Of a stretch of 64,000 nt of DNA, positions 10,061 through 18,449 are shown piece by piece. Location: contig JAPFCU010000061.1 of assembly GCA_026169535.1 (NCBI GenBank), positions 39,538-103,537 on the forward strand. The letters run 5' to 3'. A program made the position numbers and the translations under genes. The stretch is from Blautia sp. Its GTDB lineage: Bacteria > Bacillota > Clostridia > Lachnospirales > Lachnospiraceae. Below the pieces are notes generated by a model. The model was not told the DNA's origin, did no database searches, and saw only the letters and a program-made list of their open reading frames with translations. Position 1 is the first letter of the stretch. Each line of letters starts with the position of its first letter.

Positions 10061-10921
10061 ATGAGTATGGTAATTGATGTACATGTGCATCCGGGTTTTT
10101 ATGAAAAAATATCACAAGACAAACAGGAAATCGAATTTAGAAAAAAACACGCTCACTGGGATCTTATGTCTCCGTTTCCGGTTGAACTTACAAGAGCTCA
10201 GATGAAATTTGCAAATGTAGATAAGCTTGTACTTCTTCCTATGGATCTGACAACAAGTGCAGGGGGATGGGTAGTGTCTAATGATCAGATCTGTACAATG
10301 GTTGAGGAAGCTCCTGATATATTTTTTGGATTTGCCAGTGTGGATCCATATCGCGAAGATGCGTTAGATGTTTTGGAACATGCATTTAAGGATCAGAAGC
10401 TTATGGGACTTTATTTGAACCCTTCAAAACAGGCGTTCTTTCCGGATGATCCTATGATGGATAGAATATATGAGAAATGTATTGAGTACGATAAACCGAT
10501 TATTTTTTCTGCAGGAATGTCATTTTGTGATGACTGCCTTATGAAATACGGGAAACCTCTTAATTTTGAGCCGGTGGCAATCAAATATCCGAAGCTCAGG
10601 ATCTGTATAGGGCACATGGGTTGGCCGTTTATTTTTGATACAGCAGCAATGCTTCTTAAATATCCTAATGTTTATGCAGATACTTCTATGCTTTATATGG
10701 ATTCACCAGAGCAGTTTATGCATGATGTATTTATGAAACAATATGGACGTTTGTGGTTAGATAATGACCTGGGTGATAAGATTATGTTTGGATCAAATAA
10801 TCCGAGATTTCGTACTGCCCGCATTAAGAGGGGGCTGGAATCTTTAGACATTCGTCCGGAAACACTGGAAAAGATCCTTGGTGGAAATGCAGAAAGATTT
10901 CTTGGGCTGGAGGTAAAATGA
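10061..10921 (+). CDS. Amidohydrolase_2 family metal-dependent hydrolase
   Basis: IDVHVH, IGHMGWP, NVYADTS, IMFGSN, LGGNA. Confidence 0.88.
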   Translation: MSMVIDVHVHPGFYEKISQDKQEIEFRKKHAHWDLMSPFPVELTRAQMKFANVDKLVLLPMDLTTSAGGWVVSNDQICTMVEEAPDIFFGFASVDPYREDALDVLEHAFKDQKLMGLYLNPSKQAFFPDDPMMDRIYEKCIEYDKPIIFSAGMSFCDDCLMKYGKPLNFEPVAIKYPKLRICIGHMGWPFIFDTAAMLLKYPNVYADTSMLYMDSPEQFMHDVFMKQYGRLWLDNDLGDKIMFGSNNPRFRTARIKRGLESLDIRPETLEKILGGNAERFLGLEVK

Positions 10922-10922
10922 T

Positions 10923-11351
10923 ATGGTAAAACTGACAACAAAGAATGTTTTAAGTGAAAAAGAATTTCAGCTGATCTCAATAAGAGAAGAGGTTATCAAG
11001 GCAGTAGAAGAAAGTGGGATTCAGAACGGAATCGTTCTGGTGATGAGTGCGCATACAACAGCAGGTGTTATGGTCAATGAAGATTTGGAGTGTTTGCATG
11101 TAGACATGGAGAAAATGCTGGATAAAATGGCTCCGGTTGTTGCTGATTATGCCCATAGCCATTATCTTCCAAGTTATGGTGCGACTGGCGGAAATGCGCC
11201 GGGACATTTAAAACAGATGCTGACTGGATATGAAGTAGTTTTTCCGGTAATAGAGGGAAAAGCATTGATCCGTTTTGCACAGGACATTTACTTTGCGGAG
11301 TTTGATGGCCCTCAGTTAAGAACATATTATATTGAAGTAATGGGTGAATGA
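10923..11351 (+). CDS. YjbQ/UPF0047 family protein
   Basis: HTTAG..VNE, GNAPGHLK, EFDGP motifs. Confidence 0.88.
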   Translation: MVKLTTKNVLSEKEFQLISIREEVIKAVEESGIQNGIVLVMSAHTTAGVMVNEDLECLHVDMEKMLDKMAPVVADYAHSHYLPSYGATGGNAPGHLKQMLTGYEVVFPVIEGKALIRFAQDIYFAEFDGPQLRTYYIEVMGE

Positions 11352-11355
11352 TTGG

Positions 11356-11395
11356 AAGCGGTAAATTCTGTGAAAATAGAATTTGCCGCTTTTTT
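11356..11395 (+). terminator. Internal terminator/attenuator immediately before the RBS of the first SIS gene
   Basis: AAGCGGTAAATTCT ... AGAATTTGCCGCTT then T run and AGGAGG. Confidence 0.65.
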
Positions 11396-11410
11396 AGGAG
11401 GTAAAACATA

Positions 11411-12364
11411 GTGTTAAAAGAGATTTTGTCAAAAAGAGAAATTAAAAATGTTGTATGGGTTGCAGCAGGCGGATCTAATGGAGGGAATTATCCAGGACAT
11501 TATTTTTTGGACCATGAAGCAAAAAAACTGCAAAGTCAGATGTACACCAGTAATGAATTTGTGTATGCCACACCAAAATACGTAAATAAAAATACATTTG
11601 CAATAATTGTTTCTATGAGGGGAACTCCGGAAACATGTCAGGCAGCAAAGATAGCAAAAGAAAAAGGCGCTGTTACAATGGCTCTATATGTAGATGAGTC
11701 TGAACTTACAGAAATTTGTGATTATAAAATAGCATACGAAAGTATTATGTTTGATGAGTCAGATCAAAGTAAAACGAATGCTGCTGTTGGTCTGAGGCTG
11801 GCAATGGAAATTTTAAAAGAGACAGAAGGTTTTGCTTATTATAAAGAAGCTGTGCATGCATTTGAAATCTTGGATAAGATTTATAACAAAGCCAAAAAAT
11901 ATTGTCTTACATTGGCAAAAGACTGGGCAGAGCTTAACAAAAGTGAAAAAGTAATTTCCGTTCTTGCAAGTGGACCGTCTTATGCTGCAGGATATATTTT
12001 TTCCATATGTAATATTATGGAAATGCTTCAGATTGTTTCGCCTACTATTAATTGCTGTGAGTTTTTTCATGGACCATTTGAGATACTGGATGAAAATACC
12101 TCTGTATTTCTTCTTATTTCAGAAGGGAGAACCAGACCCCTGGATGAACGTGCCCTGGATTTTTTGAAAAGGCATGGAGGAAAAAAGGTTTATACACTGG
12201 ATGCAAGAGATTTAGGGATTTTATCTTTTGATGAGCATATAAGAGAATATTTTAACCATCTGTTGTTCGCACCGATTTTGAATAATGTGTATATGAAAGG
12301 TTTATCGGTTGCTACAGGTGTTGACTACACAACCAGGAAATATATGTGGAAAGAGAAATATTGA
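11411..12364 (+). CDS. SIS-domain deglycase paralogue 1 (FrlB/FraB-like)
   Basis: AAGGS, SNEF, IMEMLQ, EFFHGPFE, RKYMWK; GTG start after AGGAGG. Confidence 0.82.
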   Translation: MLKEILSKREIKNVVWVAAGGSNGGNYPGHYFLDHEAKKLQSQMYTSNEFVYATPKYVNKNTFAIIVSMRGTPETCQAAKIAKEKGAVTMALYVDESELTEICDYKIAYESIMFDESDQSKTNAAVGLRLAMEILKETEGFAYYKEAVHAFEILDKIYNKAKKYCLTLAKDWAELNKSEKVISVLASGPSYAAGYIFSICNIMEMLQIVSPTINCCEFFHGPFEILDENTSVFLLISEGRTRPLDERALDFLKRHGGKKVYTLDARDLGILSFDEHIREYFNHLLFAPILNNVYMKGLSVATGVDYTTRKYMWKEKY

Positions 12365-12376
12365 AAAAATGAAATT

Positions 12377-12415
12377 GTTATATTGACATATAACACAAAA
12401 TGATGTATATATAAT
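12377..12415 (+). promoter_or_regulatory. Internal promoter with -35 embedded in operator palindrome
   Basis: GTTATA-TTGACA-TATAAC at 12377-12394; TATATA/TATAAT at 12406-12415. Confidence 0.7.
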
Positions 12416-12457
12416 ATATAGATATAACAAATACAATACAAATAGGAGGAAGAAACA

Positions 12458-13444
12458 ATGAAGGTAACAGAGAACTCTAAATTAAATCAGATTATTGCGG
12501 AGATCAGAAATGTGCAGCCGGAGATCAGCACAGTTTATTTTGTGGGATGCGGTGCTTCCAGAGCGGATCTGTATCCGGGATATTATTTCCTTAACAATAA
12601 TGCAAAAAAAATTCGTACGTCAATTCATACGGCAAATGAGTTTGTGTATGCCACACCGGCGGCGGTAAACGAAAACTCTATTGTGATCACCTGCTCTTTA
12701 GGCGGAGGTACTCCTGAGACTGCAGCGGCAACCACCCTTGCAAAAAATAAAGGAGCACACACAATTGCTGTAACGCATACAGAAGGATCTGCAATCACCA
12801 AAGATGCTGATTATACGGTGATTTTTGATTGGGAAGACAGTTATTCTGCAAAAATGGATAAAATGATCAAGGTTCTTCTTCTTGCAGCAGAGATTCTGAA
12901 TCAGACAGAGGGATATGAAAAATATGATGAAATGTTGAAAGCAGCAGAAAAAATCTATCCGGCTATTGATAATGCAGTGAAAAGTGTGGTTCCGGAGGCA
13001 AAAGCGTTTGCAGAAAAATATCAGGATGCACCTATTATCTATGTAACCAGCTCCGGAGCAACTCAGGAGGTAGCGTGGGCATTTTCCTCCTGCCTGATGA
13101 TGGAGATGCAGTGGATTCCGTCAAGTACCTTTAATACAGGTGATTTCTTCCATGGACCATTTGAGATGGTGGAAAAGGATGCACCATATTTACTTTTCAT
13201 GAATGAAGGACGTACCAGAGCATTAGATGCCAGAGCAATGACATTTATGCAGCGTTTTGACTGCAAGCTTACTGTTATTGACGCAAAAGACTATGCACTG
13301 GCAGGAATTGTAGACAGTGCTCTTGTTGATTACTTTGATCCAATTATTATATCTCCTATTGCACGTATATATGCAGAACAGATTGCGATCGTGAGAAACC
13401 ATCCATTAACGAAAAGAAGATACATGTGGAAACTGGAGTATTAA
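12458..13444 (+). CDS. frlB: SIS-domain fructosamine-6-phosphate deglycase paralogue 2
   Basis: VGCGAS, MMEMQW, FFHGPFE, RRYMWKLEY, as in Bacillus FrlB/Salmonella FraB. Confidence 0.82.
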   Translation: MKVTENSKLNQIIAEIRNVQPEISTVYFVGCGASRADLYPGYYFLNNNAKKIRTSIHTANEFVYATPAAVNENSIVITCSLGGGTPETAAATTLAKNKGAHTIAVTHTEGSAITKDADYTVIFDWEDSYSAKMDKMIKVLLLAAEILNQTEGYEKYDEMLKAAEKIYPAIDNAVKSVVPEAKAFAEKYQDAPIIYVTSSGATQEVAWAFSSCLMMEMQWIPSSTFNTGDFFHGPFEMVEKDAPYLLFMNEGRTRALDARAMTFMQRFDCKLTVIDAKDYALAGIVDSALVDYFDPIIISPIARIYAEQIAIVRNHPLTKRRYMWKLEY

Positions 13445-13468
13445 AAATCAGTTAAACAATAAAAGAAT

Positions 13469-14341
13469 ATGAGGAGAACGGTACATAAGTTTTTTCTGGC
13501 ATTAACTGGGGTTGTATTGTTTGCGGTATCATACAGTTGGTTTTTGATCCCTTGTGGATTATATAGCGGAGGCTTTACAGGTATTGCGCAGCTTATTGGA
13601 TTATTCATGAGGGAAGTTCTTCATATTCATCTGGCAGAAACAATGGATCTGACAGGCATTATTTCCTGGATTATAAACGTTCCATTGTTTTTGCTGGGAT
13701 ATCGCAGTATTGGAAAGAGATTTTTCTGGTTCTCAGTTGGATGTGTTTGTGTACAATCCGTATTGCTTACTATCATTCCTGTTCCTTCGGAACCATTGCT
13801 GGACAGTACTTTGCTGAATGTGATCATTGGAGGAATCCTTTCTGGCGCAGGTGTAGGGATAACTCTTCGAGAAGGTGGTTCCGGAGGAGGCATAGATATT
13901 GTCGGAATGTATGTAACAAAAAAAATCCCAGGATCCAGTGTGGGAAAAGCTTCTATGGTTATAAATGGTTTTGTATTTATTGTCACAGCTATCAGATATG
14001 ATTTGAACATTACAGCATACTCCTTGATTTTTTGTATAGCAAGTATTATGACTTTGGATCGTATGCATTATCAGAATATACAGGTAACAGTACTTGTGAT
14101 TTCTCAGGATTGCAATTTGGGAGAAATAATTAATAAAGAACTAAAAAGAGGAGTTACTTCCTGGCAGAGCCGGGGAGAATATCTGAAAAAAGATATGAGG
14201 GTCTATTTGACAGTTGTAAATAAATATGAGTGGATGAAATTAAAGCGGGTGATCATTCGTGAAGATCCTGCTGCATTTGTACAAACCTATTCACCAGGAG
14301 AAGTAATTGGTCACTATGAAAAAAGACTTGAAATCGTATAG
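13469..14341 (+). CDS. YitT family membrane protein
   Basis: SGGFTGIAQL, GGSGGGIDIV, DPAAFV. Confidence 0.88.
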   Translation: MRRTVHKFFLALTGVVLFAVSYSWFLIPCGLYSGGFTGIAQLIGLFMREVLHIHLAETMDLTGIISWIINVPLFLLGYRSIGKRFFWFSVGCVCVQSVLLTIIPVPSEPLLDSTLLNVIIGGILSGAGVGITLREGGSGGGIDIVGMYVTKKIPGSSVGKASMVINGFVFIVTAIRYDLNITAYSLIFCIASIMTLDRMHYQNIQVTVLVISQDCNLGEIINKELKRGVTSWQSRGEYLKKDMRVYLTVVNKYEWMKLKRVIIREDPAAFVQTYSPGEVIGHYEKRLEIV

Positions 14342-14352
14342 GGAGCTAAGAT

Positions 14353-15348
14353 ATGTTGAATTTTGATGAAAGCAGAGTCAGACAGGAACATGAAAATGGG
14401 ATCGCTCTTATTCCGGCTGTAGAAAAAGTTGTAGACGATATATGTGTAGAGGGATATTCCTCAATCATATTTATGGGAATTGGCGGTACATATTTATATG
14501 CGGGACAATTGATGCATACTGCAAAGCAAATGGGTTGTACCTTACCGCTTTATTTGGAAAATGCAGCAGATTTCCTTTATGAAGGAACCCCGTTTTTGGA
14601 TGATAAATCCGTTGTTGTAATTGCAAGTATTTCCGGTGACACTCCAGAGGTTGTAGAAGCTGTTGATAAGGTACATAAAGCAGGGGCAAGAGTAATCGGA
14701 TATGTAGAAAAAGAGGGAACGCCATTATATGAGAAAAGCGATTATCTGATCCATACAGTTGGAGGAGAGTATTACTTTTGGTATGCTGTTACATTAAGAT
14801 TTATGAAAAATAAAGGACAGTTTGAGAAATATGATCAGTTTTTTTCAGAAATCAAGGAAATGCCGGAAAATGTAGTACAAATTTATAAAGATGCTGATGC
14901 GGAAATGAGAGAATATGCGGAAAAGTACTGTGATGAACCGTTGACATATCTGGTTGGTTCTGGAAATCTGGAGGACTGGGCAGTTTGTTATGGAATGTGC
15001 ATTATGGAAGAAATGCAGTGGATGCGCACAAGACCGATTTCAGCAGCTAACTTTTTCCATGGAACATTGGAAGTAATTGAAAGAGATATTCCGGTGATGT
15101 TGATCAAGGGAGAGGATGTCACTCGTCCGGAGATGGATAGAGTAGAAAAGTTTGTTCAGACGATTAGCGCTAAGGTAACAGTATTTGATACCATGAACTA
15201 TAAATTAAACGGAATTAGTCCAGAATTTAGAGGGATGCTTTCTCCAATTGTTATGAGAGCGGCATTTCAGAGATTGAATGTACATTTAGAAGATTGCAGA
15301 AAGCATCCGATTGCAATTCGCAGGTATTACAGAAGGTTAAATTATTAA
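14353..15348 (+). CDS. SIS-domain deglycase paralogue 3 (GfrF-like)
   Basis: MLNFDE N-terminus, SISGDT, IMEEMQW, FFHGTLE, RRYYRRLNY, resembling Salmonella GfrF-type deglycases. Confidence 0.82.
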   Translation: MLNFDESRVRQEHENGIALIPAVEKVVDDICVEGYSSIIFMGIGGTYLYAGQLMHTAKQMGCTLPLYLENAADFLYEGTPFLDDKSVVVIASISGDTPEVVEAVDKVHKAGARVIGYVEKEGTPLYEKSDYLIHTVGGEYYFWYAVTLRFMKNKGQFEKYDQFFSEIKEMPENVVQIYKDADAEMREYAEKYCDEPLTYLVGSGNLEDWAVCYGMCIMEEMQWMRTRPISAANFFHGTLEVIERDIPVMLIKGEDVTRPEMDRVEKFVQTISAKVTVFDTMNYKLNGISPEFRGMLSPIVMRAAFQRLNVHLEDCRKHPIAIRRYYRRLNY

Positions 15349-15395
15349 TAACAATTTGCAAAAACATATCAATTTAATCCTCTTTGTGTTAATAT

Positions 15396-15414
15396 GTTAT
15401 ATATAGTGTATAAC
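15396..15414. promoter_or_regulatory. Operator palindrome upstream of GntR gene
   Basis: GTTATA-TATAGTG-TATAAC. Confidence 0.55.
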
Positions 15415-15442
15415 CAAAAAATGGAAGGAGGATGCTGGAGAA

Positions 15443-16171
15443 ATGTCTAAAATAGATCGGCAGACAGCAATCCCAATGTATCAGCAGATTGCGGCAGATA
15501 TAAAAAACAAAATTCAGACAGGAGAATATAAGGAAAATACAAAAATACCGACAGAGTTTGAATTAGAAAAAATCTATGGAGTGAGTAGAATAACGATACG
15601 AAAAGCTCTGGAACTGCTTGTTGATGATGAAATTCTGGTTCGTAAACAGCGGATGGGAACTTTTGTTATGCCGCATAAAATATCCTGGAATCTGAATAAT
15701 AACTTTAGCTTTAGTAAGGTGAATGAGCAGGCAGGGCATACGGTCAGAACAGAACTTCTTGGGGCAGAATTAAAAAAAGCACGCCAGTCAGATATTGTAA
15801 AATTGAATTTAAATGACGATATGATCCTTTGTGTAAAAAGGCTGCGGTTTGTTGATGAAAAACCTATTGAGATTGAAGAACTCCATTTTTCAAGAAAATT
15901 TGCGTTTTTATTGATGGAAGATCTTACCAGATCCTTGCATGATCTTTTAACAAAGCATGGGGTATGGATGAGTTCGGGAATAAAAAGCATAAGTCTATGT
16001 TATGCGACAAAAGAAGAGGCGATAGCACTTAATACAAAAGAAGCAGGAGGACTTCTGCTGATAAAAAATATCTTTTTTGATAATGATAAGAAGGCCATAT
16101 TTACTGCAAAAGAGGTTATTAATGCAGAGCATTTTGAGTATAACATAAATTTGTTTAATAATAACGAATAG
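15443..16171 (+). CDS. GntR/HutC-family regulator with UTRA domain (FrlR-like)
   Basis: PMYQQI, IPTE.EL, VSRITIRKAL, GTFV; UTRA-like C-terminus. Confidence 0.9.
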   Translation: MSKIDRQTAIPMYQQIAADIKNKIQTGEYKENTKIPTEFELEKIYGVSRITIRKALELLVDDEILVRKQRMGTFVMPHKISWNLNNNFSFSKVNEQAGHTVRTELLGAELKKARQSDIVKLNLNDDMILCVKRLRFVDEKPIEIEELHFSRKFAFLLMEDLTRSLHDLLTKHGVWMSSGIKSISLCYATKEEAIALNTKEAGGLLLIKNIFFDNDKKAIFTAKEVINAEHFEYNINLFNNNE

Positions 16172-16185
16172 GAGTGGAGTAAAAT

Positions 16186-17022
16186 ATGGATAGTCTGAAA
16201 CGAAATCAGATTGCAGTCATGAATATTCAGTATAAATTTTTTCCTTTAACAAAGTTCCTGGATGATGTAGCAAAGAATGAAGTGGAATGCATTGAATTGT
16301 GGGGGGCAGCTCCTCACTTTCATCCAGAAGATATGACCTATCATGATATTACATCTGTCCGTCATGAGATAGAAGCCAGAAATTTAAAATTAATCTGTTA
16401 TACTCCAGAGCAATGTATTTATCCGATCAACCTTGCAGCGCCTTATGAGGCTGAAAGGAGACGCAGCCAGAAATTTTTTGAAGATGCCATAAGAGTTTCT
16501 TCAGAATTAGGAACAGATAAAATGCTGGTTACAGTTGGTACAGGATATTTTGATGGAAGCGATTATGAAGAAGCCTGGAAATACGGAAAAGAAGGACTGA
16601 TGCAGTTAGGAGATATGGCGGAACATTATGATATCACGCTTGCGCTGGAAGTTTGGAGGAAAGATGAAACTAATTTAATCAATGATCTTTCTTCGCTTCA
16701 GAAGATGATGAGAGAACTGGAGCATAAGAATATTGGAGCAATGCTTGATACCATTCCCATGGTATTAGAAAACAAAACTCCTAAGGATTATCTGGACGTT
16801 TTTGGAGAAAGACTTGTACATGTGCATTTTATTGATGGGGCACCTCGTGGACATCTGGCGTGGGGAGACGGAATTCTTGATATGGAAGGATATCTAGGTC
16901 AGTTTGACGAATATGGATATAAAAACAGCTTGTCTCTGGAAATCACAGATGGCAGATATCTGATGAATCCGGAGAAGTCCATACAACAATCAGTAAAACG
17001 GTTATTTTCAGTAATTAAGTAA
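16186..17022 (+). CDS. frlC: Fructoselysine 3-epimerase-like (xylose isomerase-like TIM barrel)
   Basis: IELWGAAPH, YPINLA, LVHVHFIDG, GHLAWGDG, LSLEI. Confidence 0.8.
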   Translation: MDSLKRNQIAVMNIQYKFFPLTKFLDDVAKNEVECIELWGAAPHFHPEDMTYHDITSVRHEIEARNLKLICYTPEQCIYPINLAAPYEAERRRSQKFFEDAIRVSSELGTDKMLVTVGTGYFDGSDYEEAWKYGKEGLMQLGDMAEHYDITLALEVWRKDETNLINDLSSLQKMMRELEHKNIGAMLDTIPMVLENKTPKDYLDVFGERLVHVHFIDGAPRGHLAWGDGILDMEGYLGQFDEYGYKNSLSLEITDGRYLMNPEKSIQQSVKRLFSVIK

Positions 17023-17026
17023 ATAG

Positions 17027-17065
17027 AAACATCTCTGTCTGGGTTGTCAGATAGAGATGTTTTTG
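17027..17065 (+). terminator. Intrinsic terminator ending the frl island
   Basis: AAACATCTCTGTCTG ... CAGATAGAGATGTTTTT. Confidence 0.8.
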
Positions 17066-17121
17066 TTTATAAAGATTTAAGAAAACTTGTCTTGTAGCCA
17101 GAGGTTTGATATGGTAACATT

Positions 17122-17147
17122 AGTGTATTAATACACTTAATACACTT
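17122..17147. promoter_or_regulatory. YtrA-type GntR operator
   Basis: GTGTATTA-N7-TAATACAC with internal perfect palindrome AGTGTATTAATACACT, upstream of a YtrA-ABC operon. Confidence 0.8.
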
Positions 17148-17179
17148 CTATTGCAAGAAAATGAAGGGAGGAGAAGATC

Positions 17180-17554
17180 ATCATTATTTTGGATCATCAG
17201 GATCGCAGACCGATTTATGAGCAGGTGACAGAACGTTTTCGTATATTGATCTACCAGGAGGCTTTACCCTCCGGAAGCCGCCTTCCCTCTGTTCGTCAGC
17301 TTGCTATGGATCTTTCTATTAACCCAAATACGATTCAGCGTGCATATGCAGAATTAGAGCAGGAAGGATTGATCTATTCGATAAAGGGGAAGGGAAATTT
17401 TGTGGCAGATACAAGGATCATACAGGAAAAAAAACGGGGGGATTACCGCAAAGAACTGATCCAGACAGTTCATAAAGGTCAGGAGATAGGAATTTCCAGA
17501 GAGGAACTGGTAACTGTGGTAGACCAATGTTATGAGGAGGGGAATCATGATTGA
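17180..17554 (+). CDS. GntR/YtrA-family regulator (possible ATC start; TTG alternative at 17189)
   Basis: PIYEQ, LPSVRQLA, INPNTIQRAY.ELE, KGKGNFV. Confidence 0.9.
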   Translation: MIILDHQDRRPIYEQVTERFRILIYQEALPSGSRLPSVRQLAMDLSINPNTIQRAYAELEQEGLIYSIKGKGNFVADTRIIQEKKRGDYRKELIQTVHKGQEIGISREELVTVVDQCYEEGNHD

Positions 17555-18449
17555 GATTAAGGACTGCAGCAAAGCGTTTGGCGCAGTAAAAGCCGTAAAT
17601 AAGGTTTCTCTGGAAGTTGGTGAAAGGGAAGTCTTTGGGCTGGTAGGAAGCAACGGCGCAGGCAAAAGTACTCTTTTGCGCATGATCGCAGGGGTGATGA
17701 AGCCTGATGAGGGAGAAATCAGGATTGACGGAATTTCGGTATATGATGACGAAAAGGCAAAATCATTTTTGTTTTATATATCAGACGACAGTTATTTTCC
17801 ATCCGATTATACACCGGGTGATATGGCGAATTTTTACAGGTATTATTATCCCAGATTTGATATTCAGAGATTCTATAAGTTCCTGCATCAGTTTGGGCTG
17901 GATGAAAAGAAAAGGATCAGCAGTTTTTCAAAGGGGATGAGAAAACAGCTGAACGTGCTTCTGGGAGTCAGTGCAGGAACAAAATATCTTCTTTGCGATG
18001 AGACGTTTGACGGATTGGATCCTGTAATGCGTCAGGGCGTCAAAAGTCTTTTTGCTGCGGAAATCATGAGCAGAGAGTTTACTCCTGTGATCGCGTCGCA
18101 TAATCTTCGGGAACTGGAGGATATCTGTGACCATGTGGGACTTCTTTATAAAGGAGGAATCCTGTTATCCAGAGATCTGGAGGATATGAAGTTTCATATA
18201 CATAAGATCCAATGTGTGCTTTCCGACAAGTCTCAGGAACGGCAGCTTCAGAAAGAGCTTAATATATTGAAGATGGAACATCAGGGCTCGCTGCTTCTGA
18301 TCACAGCTCGAGGAACAAGATCTGCGATTCTGGAACGGATCCAGGAAAAAAATCCTTTGTTCTGTGAGATTCTTCCTCTTACGCTTGAAGAAATTTTTAT
18401 CAGTGAAACGGAGGTGGCCGGATATGAAATCAAAAATCTGTTCTTCTAA
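17547..18449 (+). CDS. ABC transporter ATP-binding protein (YtrB-like)
   Basis: GSNGAGKST Walker A, FSKGM signature, LLCDE Walker B, SHNL. Confidence 0.93.
   Translation: MIEIKDCSKAFGAVKAVNKVSLEVGEREVFGLVGSNGAGKSTLLRMIAGVMKPDEGEIRIDGISVYDDEKAKSFLFYISDDSYFPSDYTPGDMANFYRYYYPRFDIQRFYKFLHQFGLDEKKRISSFSKGMRKQLNVLLGVSAGTKYLLCDETFDGLDPVMRQGVKSLFAAEIMSREFTPVIASHNLRELEDICDHVGLLYKGGILLSRDLEDMKFHIHKIQCVLSDKSQERQLQKELNILKMEHQGSLLLITARGTRSAILERIQEKNPLFCEILPLTLEEIFISETEVAGYEIKNLFF

Noticed and set aside
5894-17022. frl island as an active mobile element
   Set aside because: No transposase, integrase, relaxase or terminal repeats seen; only compositional evidence of foreign origin
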